64,000 bases of DNA from an uncultured delta proteobacterium. Its GTDB lineage: Bacteria > Desulfobacterota > Binatia > UBA9968. Positions 48,626-57,289 of this stretch are shown piece by piece. Where the stretch lies: contig CAWFJP010000015.1 in NCBI GenBank assembly GCA_963816145.1, forward strand, positions 64,001 to 128,000, in the 5' to 3' direction. The translations under genes and the position numbers were made by a program. Every line of letters begins with the position of its first letter. The stretch's first letter is position 1. The notes beneath the pieces are model-generated. The model was not told the DNA's origin, made no database searches, and saw only the letters and a program-made list of their open reading frames with translations.

Positions 48626-48716
48626 AAAAAAGCCGACCCGATGTTGCCATCGAAAGGCCGGCCTCCGCCCCAACTGATTGCCTTTTGCTTTCGGCAACCC
48701 TTTGGGCCGTCTGCAA
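48626..48716 (-). promoter_or_regulatory. Attenuator-like element A (motif + intrinsic terminator) in permease leader
   Basis: GGTTGCC..GGCAATCAG-N9-AGGCCGGC running into stem GCCGGCC..CGATG-GCAA-CATCG.GGTCGGC-T6. Confidence 0.75.
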
Positions 48717-48726
48717 ATCTTCGCAA

Positions 48727-48755
48727 ACCTTAATTCTGACTCAGAATAAAGTCAA
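48727..48755 (-). promoter_or_regulatory. sigma70-like promoter with palindromic spacer
   Basis: TTGACT-17 bp-TAAGGT; spacer contains ATTCTGA-N-TCAGAAT. Confidence 0.7.
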
Positions 48756-48758
48756 GGG

Positions 48759-49130
48759 CTATTTTTTGCGCGGTAGGGTCTTCTCTAAGTCGGACTCCAA
48801 GGCAAAAACAATAATCCTTTCGCTGCGGGTCGCGCTTATGTCTGTATAGAGACTCAACACCTGGATTCCGCAAATATCACCGATGACTTGGAATAGAACG
48901 GGCCGAGCATTTTTTATTAACGTGGTGCGGAGCATCTTAATCAGGTCGACCCCTTCAGAGCTTTTGGCTAACTGTTGCTCCGCTTGGGTTAGCACGCCTT
49001 TGAGTCGCACCAAAATCATATCCTCAACAATGAAAGAGCGAACCTCCTTGGGGCCGCGGCCCATGTATTCGACTTCAAACTTCACCATCGCTTCGCTAAT
49101 TTCCGCTTCGACCTCGCCTTTTGTTTTCAT
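48759..49130 (-). CDS. DUF2294 / MpsC-family protein
   Basis: MKTKGEVEAEISEAMVKFEVEYMGRGPKEVRSFIVEDMILVRLKGVLTQAEQQL...TDIS.TRSERIIVF family signature. Confidence 0.9.
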   Translation of the reverse strand: MKTKGEVEAEISEAMVKFEVEYMGRGPKEVRSFIVEDMILVRLKGVLTQAEQQLAKSSEGVDLIKMLRTTLIKNARPVLFQVIGDICGIQVLSLYTDISATRSERIIVFALESDLEKTLPRKK

Positions 49131-49186
49131 CGCGGTATTAATCCTATCGATACTCAACAAGTGTGGGTTCCTGGGGTTTGCGGCCG

Positions 49187-50230
49187 TTACGGATTGAGGC
49201 TGATTAATTTCCGCTGCGCTTCGTCCATAGCTGCTGGCCAGGCGCTGCGTTCTTTGTAGAACTGCACTGCCGCTGGATGGTAGGGCATCGTCACATCGGC
49301 GTCCACCGCCCGTTGCCGGGTCCAGTCTTTGAAGCTCGGGTGGAGCGGCAGCAGCTTATCGGTATTCTCCCAGATGTTTTTAAGTATCGTTTGCACGACC
49401 CGATCGTCGACCGCTTTGGAACTGGTCAGATAGATATCGTAGGCGTTGACGCAGGTATCGTCGGCGATCCCCGCCGCTTGGCCGCGTTTGAGCCAATGGG
49501 GATAGTAGCCGGGCACTGCCGCGCGCAGACGTTTCTCACCCTGCGCCGAACAGTCGAGCGAGATATGGCGCACGCCGATCGCGGCATCGGCTTCTTTGAC
49601 TTTGGCGGAATCGACCGCGTGCAGCGCAACGTCGGCGCGGCCTTGGATGAGCGCGTCCACACCTTCGTTGGCGCCCGGCACCGGAACTATCTTCACATCT
49701 CCAAACTTCATCCCAGCGCCGGTGAGAAAGCCAAAAATATTGTACCAATTGGCCAGCTGCGCCGGGTACTCACCGGTCAGTCTCTTGCCCCGGATATCGA
49801 GCACGCTCTTCATCGGCGCATCCTTGCGCACCAGCAGCGCCGTCATCAAAATCGCCCCGCGCATCACTAACCGGACATTGGGCGTATGCTGAAACGGATT
49901 GCGCCCGCCGATCTTCAAGCGCTCCGGCCCCTGATACGAAAGCGCCATGTCGACGGCATTGTTGATGCCGAAATCGACCTCGCCGCTATCGAGCAGCGGT
50001 AGAAACGTGCTCGTGCCCGAATAAGGCTGCACCACCATCTGAAACGGCGCCCCCTCGCTGGCCACCTTGGAAAGCCCGCTGGCCAGCGCATAGAAAACCG
50101 TCCCCGGCGGATTGGACCCCACCGTCACCGAGCGCGGTAACGGCTGCGCATTGGCGGTGGCGCAAAACCCAACGCTGAGAAGAATCAAAAAGGTAAGAAA
50201 CCGCCAAGACCCGCATGAAGTTGAACCCAT
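49187..50230 (-). CDS. TAXI-family TRAP transporter solute-binding subunit
   Basis: GSNPPGTVFY, DIRGKR, ALIQGRAD, PYHPAAVQFYKE. Confidence 0.88.
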   Translation of the reverse strand: MGSTSCGSWRFLTFLILLSVGFCATANAQPLPRSVTVGSNPPGTVFYALASGLSKVASEGAPFQMVVQPYSGTSTFLPLLDSGEVDFGINNAVDMALSYQGPERLKIGGRNPFQHTPNVRLVMRGAILMTALLVRKDAPMKSVLDIRGKRLTGEYPAQLANWYNIFGFLTGAGMKFGDVKIVPVPGANEGVDALIQGRADVALHAVDSAKVKEADAAIGVRHISLDCSAQGEKRLRAAVPGYYPHWLKRGQAAGIADDTCVNAYDIYLTSSKAVDDRVVQTILKNIWENTDKLLPLHPSFKDWTRQRAVDADVTMPYHPAAVQFYKERSAWPAAMDEAQRKLISLNP

Positions 50231-50365
50231 AGCGTTTTCTCCTTGGATGGCCGACTTTTATAGAGAAGGACCGCGCGCTGTCAAGGCGCACGTATTGGCA
50301 GTGTCAAGAGTGGCGGCGCACGACCATCTAAGCACGATTTAAATTGCTGAATCCGACGATGCTGG

Positions 50366-51082
50366 CTAGCGAAAGACGGATCTCGCAGCGCCGCTTACAA
50401 TGGCTAGATAAGCGCCCAAAAGCAGCAGCGTGATCAGAAGATTTCTTTTCCAATGATCGCTCAGGGCGATTCCGAATGGGAGTCCCACGAGAAATCCGAT
50501 GATATGTGCGACGTAGGCGACCTGCGGATCGTAGCCGGGTATCCGGCTCTTTTCGTAGACTACGACGACGTTGTAGACAAAATACAGGACCGCGATCAAT
50601 CCCTGCGGCGCGAGGAAAAGCCAGGAGAACTTCAGCGGTCGCACGAGCATGACGCATCCTGCCAGAGCGAAAATCGCGGCCGAGGCACCGAGCATTCCGG
50701 TAGCGCGGGGCAAATAGCCGACGCTGAGAATAAAGCCAGTGAAACCGCCGGTGAAAAAAATCATCAGAAGCTTTCGCGCACCGACGGTTTGTTCCAACGT
50801 GTTGCCGAAGACGAATAGAAAAAGCATGTTGCCGAATAGGTGGAAGACGTTGGCATGGACAAACAGGGCTGCGACCAAGGTCCAGACTTTGCCCTTTTCG
50901 AGGTTGTTCAGACTAAATATTAGATTTGTTTGGGCAAACGCCGGGTCCTGCTGCCATGCCCAGACACTGGCCCCGATGCAACCGAGGATGAGCAGTGAGT
51001 TGGTTTTCAAGGAATTGACGCCAGGGCGATCATACACATACCCATGTATGTGCTTGCTACCCGCTCGCCGTCTTCGCTGCAA
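50366..51082 (-). CDS. Rhomboid intramembrane serine protease (true start probably ~20 codons downstream)
   Basis: FVHANVFHLFGNM, GASAA catalytic Ser, AHIIG catalytic His. Confidence 0.88.
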   Translation of the reverse strand: MQRRRRAGSKHIHGYVYDRPGVNSLKTNSLLILGCIGASVWAWQQDPAFAQTNLIFSLNNLEKGKVWTLVAALFVHANVFHLFGNMLFLFVFGNTLEQTVGARKLLMIFFTGGFTGFILSVGYLPRATGMLGASAAIFALAGCVMLVRPLKFSWLFLAPQGLIAVLYFVYNVVVVYEKSRIPGYDPQVAYVAHIIGFLVGLPFGIALSDHWKRNLLITLLLLGAYLAIVSGAARSVFR

Positions 51083-51357
51083 GCCCTAAATACCATCCGG
51101 AACGGGAAATAATGACGGGACGTTAAAGAGGCGGAGGAAGGGGGTCGCGGTCTTTAATTGCCGTGCGTTGCACGCAAATAGACCCTACTGTAACGTTTTC
51201 CTGCCAAGATCAACTCGCTACAGATTTAAAATCGTCGATTTCCATTTTGTGACGCTAGCTGCTTTGCGATGCGCGGCAACCCGCCGTAGTCGCTTTCTTC
51301 TAGTCCAAGGCTCAGACCGGAGAATAAATATCACCAGACCAGCGACGCGGGGCGACA

Positions 51358-52101
51358 TTACCTTGCGGCGGCGCTCACGGTGACGTTGTCCGCCGTCGGC
51401 GCCGCCGCGCGATCATTGTCGAACGACAGATCAAACGTCACAACGGTTTCACCGGCGACAAACGTCAGCTCACCCAAGAAATGGCTCAATATGCCAAAGC
51501 CACCCACTCGAACCAACCCTTCCGGTTCATAATAACCTGCCCCGTCCGTTTGTCGCAAAAGGAGCTGGTTCGGTCGCCCATGAAAGAAGCCAAGCACAGT
51601 GCGCTTTTCTCCCCACACACCCGTCCTTGATCCTTCATTGCTTGGTTGCGGCTGCAGATGCAGCGCCGTATGGTAGATAGCTACTAGCGCCGGTTCACGG
51701 AGCAGTGCCGGCAACAACTCCCCGCTCGATAGGTGTTTATATTTACTCTCGTAAAGATCTCCTGGGACAGCCAAGTCGGCATAATCGACATCCAGCGGGA
51801 AGAGATACTTGGCGGCACCCGATTCCAACAGCTCTCTTAACTGGCGAACTGTTTCGCTGAGGAACCGGCACGGCGCCACGAACGGCCTACCTTGCGACGA
51901 CGCGGAGAATTCCATGCGGCCGTGCAAACAGGCACGGGGTTCAATGGGATTGTGCAGACGGGCGCCGAATTGTTGCTGATAGCGATAGGCATTGGCGATC
52001 TCGTTGGCGGTGAAGAACCAAGAATCAGCTTTAGCAAAGGAATGTCCGAATGAACCCACGAGAACAAAGGCTACGATTACCAGTGATTTGAGGTCAAACA
52101 T
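51358..52101 (-). CDS. Hypothetical secreted protein
   Basis: Start MFDLKS with GGAGGT RBS; signal peptide ending SFA. Confidence 0.7.
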   Translation of the reverse strand: MFDLKSLVIVAFVLVGSFGHSFAKADSWFFTANEIANAYRYQQQFGARLHNPIEPRACLHGRMEFSASSQGRPFVAPCRFLSETVRQLRELLESGAAKYLFPLDVDYADLAVPGDLYESKYKHLSSGELLPALLREPALVAIYHTALHLQPQPSNEGSRTGVWGEKRTVLGFFHGRPNQLLLRQTDGAGYYEPEGLVRVGGFGILSHFLGELTFVAGETVVTFDLSFDNDRAAAPTADNVTVSAAAR

Positions 52102-52330
52102 ACATACCTCCACCGATCGTCTGCTCCAACTCAGTCCGTTAAGCCGCCGGTGAAGTGGCTCAATCGCCATGAGCGGAAGTCCTTTAAGAACCGTCAAGTG
52201 CTCGCTACCTTGTTTCCTAGCGCAAAGACTGTGCCTGGCCAAAAAATCACTCGTAATAATCCAAGTGGCGGTTACGAAACGCTATTATCGCGAATTAGAA
52301 TTCTGCGCCGCTGCTCGAACAACCATAAGC

Positions 52331-52452
52331 GCAACTTTCGGATACATAGTGTATCCAAAAGTTGCGGTTCTATCCGGCAATGCCGCGGTTAAATCCATCG
52401 GGAAAAGCTGTTAGCTAATGGCTGCGGTTGAACTCTGGGACATTGCGGTTAA
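52331..52452. promoter_or_regulatory. Palindrome plus 21-bp-spaced direct repeats upstream of 52101
   Basis: GCAACTTTCGGATACA-TAG-TGTATCCAAAAGTTGC (52331-52365); GCGGTT at 52364, 52385, 52424, 52445. Confidence 0.5.
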
Positions 52453-52894
52453 CGGTCTCGGGCAGGACCCTGAACTGAGCGCTGGGGAATTGCGGCAGCG
52501 CGCCGGTGTGCAACCTAAGTGCTGTTTGAAGCGAGCCGTAACTCACGTCGGTCATGAGCACATCGGCGAGATGGCCGCCGCTGCGAAACTCGCTCATGGC
52601 TTTGTTGAGAATCACCTGGCGCACGCCATCGAAATGCTTGAGCTCGACAAACGGATAGCGCGCGTTGAAACTTTTGCGCAATACCGCGACCTGCGCCACC
52701 GGCGTGGTGCCGTAGAAGAGAACTTCCTTCTCTTCCCGCGCACCCTTGATAAGCAGCGCCTCGCACTCGCTCCGATTCGTCGACTCAACGCGGCTCGCCA
52801 GCTCAGGCAGCGTGACAGCTGTGGCAGGATCAGTGACACTGAGACAAATTGCGAAGGGGATTTGCATCAGCCAACGTCTCCCAAGTCGAGTCAT
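52415..52894 (-). pseudogene. Truncated AfuA-like solute-binding protein (N-terminal third only)
   Basis: GGAGG RBS + MTRLGRR; LIKGAREEKEVLFYGT..FNARYPFVEL..SEFRSGGHLADV, then loss of similarity and stop at ~160 aa. Confidence 0.7.
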
Positions 52895-53058
52895 GTATCC
52901 TCCGCTCACGAACAGCTCCGAAGATAATGCTAAGGAAACATCGATACTCTGATTAAACCAGAAGATCCTGGAAGAAGCCGCCAGCTGATATAAAACTATT
53001 ACGAGCCTACGTCGTACGTATGAAACATGGTGACGACACTGATCCTGCCCCAAACCGG

Positions 53059-53856
53059 CTAGCGCTCGCCGATAAACTCCAGCACATTGCGGTTGAACGC
53101 CTCAGGTTGCTCCCAATTTATCGAATGAGCAGCTTCGGGAAGGACAATGAACTTGGCACCGGGGATGCGGGCTTGTTGCCGACGCATGACCCAGGGCGGT
53201 GCTTGCAAATCTTGATCTCCGGGCATCAACAGCGTCGGCACGCGAATCGTTTCGAGCTTGGCAAACGTGATGGTCGTGCGTTGGGGTTGTGCCGACGCAG
53301 CCGGCTGTTTCGAATTGTGGTGAATCTCTAGCCAGAGCTTCAAACCCTCCGGTTTGGTTGCCATGTACCCCATGCTGACTTCGCGAAACTCCGGCGGCCA
53401 GCTGCGAAAATTCGGCAGCGATGTTTTCTCGCGCAGTTGGCTCAATTCCTCGTCGACGATCGCGCCGCCGCTGGCGGCGACCACCAAGCTGCGCAACCGC
53501 TCCGGATGCCAAAGCACGTAGTCGTACGCCGCAAAGCCGCCGCCAGCCACGCCGACGAGATGAAAACGCTCGAGTTTTAGATAGTCCGCCAGTGCGTGCA
53601 AATCCTCCGCGATCGTACCCGGCTGAGGCCCGGTGTCCGGATTCGCCGTGCTGCGTCCCCAGCCGCGCCGGTCGAAGGTGATCACCCGATACCCGGCTTC
53701 GACGAACCCCGGAATGTTGTATTGCCAGCTATCGGCATTGCCGGTATTGGCATGAAGTAGAATGAGTGGTACGCCGCTGCCACCGCTGTCGGTATACCAA
53801 AGACGCACACCCGGCAGATCGGCGAATTCTCCATTTGGAAGATCTGTCTGTTTCAT
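53059..53856 (-). CDS. Alpha/beta hydrolase fold protein
   Basis: LLHANTG, DRRGWGRS, GVAGGG at the nucleophile elbow (no Ser), GDQD, AAHS; ATGA overlap with LLM gene. Confidence 0.88.
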   Translation of the reverse strand: MKQTDLPNGEFADLPGVRLWYTDSGGSGVPLILLHANTGNADSWQYNIPGFVEAGYRVITFDRRGWGRSTANPDTGPQPGTIAEDLHALADYLKLERFHLVGVAGGGFAAYDYVLWHPERLRSLVVAASGGAIVDEELSQLREKTSLPNFRSWPPEFREVSMGYMATKPEGLKLWLEIHHNSKQPAASAQPQRTTITFAKLETIRVPTLLMPGDQDLQAPPWVMRRQQARIPGAKFIVLPEAAHSINWEQPEAFNRNVLEFIGER

Positions 53857-54785
53857 ACTTTCGTATACACCTCCTTCGCCATCCACTCCATCCGCTCCAA
53901 GGTCTCCGCCGAGGTCGGCCGGCGCACGTCGAAGATCATCGTGTTGACGCCCGCCGCGCCGTACTCGCGAATGTCGCCCGCGATCTCTTCGGCGCTGCCC
54001 ATGAAGCGGCGGCGACGGTCGGCGATTTTTTTCTCCCTGTCGAAGAGCGAGCCTTTAAGGGCGACGTGGATCCTTTGCGGATCGCGGCCGGCTTTGACGG
54101 CGTACTCGCCCACAGTTGTTAAATCGCTTTTGACATCTGCCGGTTCGAGGGGAATCGTCGGCACGCCGCCGATGGGATGCCAGCCGTCGCCCAACTCGCC
54201 GGCGCGCTTGAGCGCGGCTTTGCTATGGCCGCCGATCCAAATCGGAATGGACTTCTGCACCGGCTTGGGCAGAAAGATCAAATCGGAAAAATTGACGAAC
54301 TCACCTTTGAACCTCGGTCGATCGCTTGCCCAGAGTTCGCGGAAAGCGCGGATATATTCGTCGGTGACCCGGCCGCGCGCGGCGTAATCCGGCGCCTGGA
54401 GATTTTCAAATTCTTCTTTCATCCAACCAACACCGACGCCGACGATCACCCGGCCGCCGGAAAGGACATCCAAACTCGCCAACATCTTGGCGGTCACGAC
54501 GGCGTTGCGGTAGGGCAAGATCATCACGCTGGTGGCAAAGCGAATCCGCCGGGTCGCACCGGCGAGAAAACCCATGGTCATCAAAGTTTCCAGATGGAAA
54601 CCCGTGCCGGGATATTTACCATCGACCGTGTACGGATACGGCACCGATATATTGGTCGGCACGATCACGTGGTCGGCGACCGTGAGCAGCGAAAAGTTCA
54701 ACGCCTCGGCGTGCTGGGCAAATCGCACCAAATCATCAGGTTTCACCGTCGCACTGGAAGCCGGAAGATGTAAGCCGTACTGCAT
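53853..54785 (-). CDS. LLM-class (probably F420-dependent) oxidoreductase
   Basis: VADHVIVP, LAGATRRI, LDVLSGGR, GVGWMKEEF, PKPVQ, IWIGG, GDGW. Confidence 0.9.
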   Translation of the reverse strand: MQYGLHLPASSATVKPDDLVRFAQHAEALNFSLLTVADHVIVPTNISVPYPYTVDGKYPGTGFHLETLMTMGFLAGATRRIRFATSVMILPYRNAVVTAKMLASLDVLSGGRVIVGVGVGWMKEEFENLQAPDYAARGRVTDEYIRAFRELWASDRPRFKGEFVNFSDLIFLPKPVQKSIPIWIGGHSKAALKRAGELGDGWHPIGGVPTIPLEPADVKSDLTTVGEYAVKAGRDPQRIHVALKGSLFDREKKIADRRRRFMGSAEEIAGDIREYGAAGVNTMIFDVRRPTSAETLERMEWMAKEVYTKV

Positions 54786-54830
54786 GAAATGTTTCCTCGT
54801 TGTTTTGAAATGATCGAGACTAATAGTTTT

Positions 54831-54923
54831 CCCCGCAAAGGCGCAAAGGTCTAAGATAGATTTCTCCCTTCGATCGAAATGACAACGATTCCGAATTTGG
54901 CGTCTTGGCGCCTTTGCGGGAGA
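54831..54923. repeat. Composite palindromic REP-like element
   Basis: CCCGCAAAGGCGCAAAG ... CTTGGCGCCTTTGCGGG enclosing AGATTTCTCCCTTCGATCGAAATGACA. Confidence 0.65.
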
Positions 54924-54943
54924 TATTCCGGTTTCCGTAGCGG

Positions 54944-55510
54944 TTAGCCCGCCGCTGCGACCGCCGCGCTGGCCGACTCTAACACAACTGCGTCGCCGAC
55001 TTGAATCTCGCCGTCGCTCAGCACCGCGGCTTTGAGTCCGCTGCGATGCTCCAGCGCTTTGAAGATCGCCGGGATTTTGGTCACGGCGACCAGATGGCCG
55101 CAGGGTTCGAACAGGCGAATGCCGCGCATGCGCACGTTGCCGAGGGTGAACTCACGGCCGAGTAATTCGATCAGCGGCACGCCCCGGGTGACGATGTTGC
55201 GCCGGGTGAGAATACCGATCGCATCGACGCCGATCTCCTTGGCGGCAAGCGCCAAGACCTCATCCTCGATAAGGCTCACCGCCTTGTCCGAACGCTTCAC
55301 CGCATCCCAGGATTCGCGATAGAAACGGTCGCCCTGCAATCCGCGGTCGGCAAACGCACGCACGCTGGGAACTGCCACCATCGCCTGCGCTGAAGCAGGC
55401 GTGATAAAAATCTCTTTGACAGTCCCGTGCCACACCGGGACCGCCGGCTGAAAGCCGCGCCATAGTTCGCGCGGCATTTCCTCGGGCATCGGTCGAATCG
55501 TTTGTGCCAT
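54944..55510 (-). CDS. MOSC domain protein
   Basis: GLQGDRF, RRNIVTRG, EPCGHL, RSGLKAAVLSDGEIQVGD. Confidence 0.88.
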   Translation of the reverse strand: MAQTIRPMPEEMPRELWRGFQPAVPVWHGTVKEIFITPASAQAMVAVPSVRAFADRGLQGDRFYRESWDAVKRSDKAVSLIEDEVLALAAKEIGVDAIGILTRRNIVTRGVPLIELLGREFTLGNVRMRGIRLFEPCGHLVAVTKIPAIFKALEHRSGLKAAVLSDGEIQVGDAVVLESASAAVAAAG

Positions 55511-55588
55511 TTGATCTCCCAAAACGACACCGGCCACTGATCTCTCAGTGGCCGGCGGTTACTCACATAGCTGGGTCGAAGCGAAAAC

Positions 55589-56071
55589 TTATCCGGCCTC
55601 GTCCGCGTAGAAACGGCTATCTTCGATCGGCGGCACGGTCTTGTTCTCTTCTGAGGAAGCGATTAACGGCTTGCCGTCCGGGCGCACGCGCATCTCTTCG
55701 CCGCCCTGGGCCTTGCCCTTGATGCCGGCGCCGACACGCAGCACCACCAGGTTCTCGCTGCCGGTGTTAAGATAGCGGTAGTACGCACCCCGGGGGATCA
55801 TCACCCCTTGGTGTTTGCCGACTTTGATCTCGCCGCCCTTTTCATCGAAGACGCTCATTTGGCCTTCGAGGACGATGAAGGAATGATCTTCGTCGAGATG
55901 GGTGTGAATTTCGTTCTCACCGCCCTCGTAGTTGATCTTGGTGTGGATCCACATGTTTTCGGTTTCCGCCACCAACTGGGTGATGCGGCCCTGCTTCATG
56001 TAGGGCGTGCGCAGAGAAAATTTCTGCGTGCGCGGTTTCTCGGTCGGTGCTATTTTCTTTGCTGGTTCCAT
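55589..56071 (-). CDS. Cupin domain protein
   Basis: GGENEIHTHLDEDHSFIVLEG, GVMIPRGAYY. Confidence 0.85.
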   Translation of the reverse strand: MEPAKKIAPTEKPRTQKFSLRTPYMKQGRITQLVAETENMWIHTKINYEGGENEIHTHLDEDHSFIVLEGQMSVFDEKGGEIKVGKHQGVMIPRGAYYRYLNTGSENLVVLRVGAGIKGKAQGGEEMRVRPDGKPLIASSEENKTVPPIEDSRFYADEAG

Positions 56072-56096
56072 CGTTCTTCCTTTCTTGGTGTTTATT

Positions 56097-57158
56097 TTAG
56101 TTGTTAATGCCGTCTACTTTGATGTGGTACAGATCGAGGACGTTCTGGCGCACCACCTTGTCGATCACGTTCTTCGGTAGATGGCCCAACTCGTCGGCGA
56201 TCACTTGGCGCGAGTGCGGCCAGGTGGAAGCGGCATGCGGGTAGTCGCTCGACCACATGAAGTTGTCTTCGCCAAACCAGTCCATCATCCGGCCGCCGGC
56301 TGGATCGCTGAAGAAGGTCGCGAACACTTGATCCTTGACATACTCGCCGGGCAGCTTCTTCATATACGGCAACGGCGCCTTCGGGCTGTGCCTGATATAG
56401 TATTTGTCCCATTCGTGACAGTAGAATGGAATCCAACCCACTTCGTTTTCGACGTAGACGAGTTTAAGCTTAGGGTATCTCGCCAAGGGGCCGCCGAAAA
56501 CGAAGTCGAACAACGTGTTCGCCGCATCGGTGAGCTTTTGATTGACGGTCATGCGATAAGTATCCAAACCCTTGCGGTCGAAACGGCTGTAGTTGAAACC
56601 GGTTAAGATATGCACGTTAACCGGCATATCGAGTTCGCCGGCGGCTTCCCAGAACGGATTGTAATAGTCACTGGTGAAGGGCAGATTTTCCGGCGGCACC
56701 TGCCAGATCATGCAGCCGACCATGCCGTTCTTCTTGCAACGTTCGAGTTCCTTGATCGCGTTGGGGATGTTGTACATGGAGATCATCGGTATGCCGAACA
56801 AGCGGCCCGGCGCGGCCTTGCAGTACTCCATCATCCAATCATTGGCGATCTCGAAGCAAGCCTCCTGAAGTTGCGCATCTTCCAGCGCATATAACCGCAA
56901 ACCATAGGTGGCGTAGAGAACTTCGGCGCTGACGCCGTCTACCGCCATCTCATCCAAACGCGCCTTGGGGTCATGGCCGCCAGGCTTCTCGCCGGGTGAA
57001 TTGCGCGGCGGGAATTTCGGGAATTTAGCCGCGAGGCTGGGCGTAAGGTTCTTCAGCCAGAGGTCTTCGGGTTCCATGATATGCGAATCCGACGACACGA
57101 TCTTATCTTGGCCGAGCACCTGTTCGGCCGTGCGCTTGACACCTGCTGCGGTGGTCAT
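56097..57158 (-). CDS. Amidohydrolase family (amidohydro_2)
   Basis: SSDSHIMEP, DGVSAEVLY, VHIL, VENEVGW, WSSDYPH. Confidence 0.9.
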   Translation of the reverse strand: MTTAAGVKRTAEQVLGQDKIVSSDSHIMEPEDLWLKNLTPSLAAKFPKFPPRNSPGEKPGGHDPKARLDEMAVDGVSAEVLYATYGLRLYALEDAQLQEACFEIANDWMMEYCKAAPGRLFGIPMISMYNIPNAIKELERCKKNGMVGCMIWQVPPENLPFTSDYYNPFWEAAGELDMPVNVHILTGFNYSRFDRKGLDTYRMTVNQKLTDAANTLFDFVFGGPLARYPKLKLVYVENEVGWIPFYCHEWDKYYIRHSPKAPLPYMKKLPGEYVKDQVFATFFSDPAGGRMMDWFGEDNFMWSSDYPHAASTWPHSRQVIADELGHLPKNVIDKVVRQNVLDLYHIKVDGINN

Positions 57159-57289
57159 AGGTATATCCTCCTAACGTTTTAACTCTAATTGTTCCTTGAT
57201 TTATTCCTTTTTGGACCATTTGTCCAGGGCAAATCGGTCGCTGCCAGATTGGACTTTAGTCTATCCATGGGTTAAACGTTTTGACAACC

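Noticed and set aside
48524-48716. Naming the leader elements as a known riboswitch class (e.g. Na+-I/DUF1646)
   Set aside because: The GGGTTG..CAA stem is suggestive, but I cannot confirm the consensus without a covariance-model search, so it is left unassigned.
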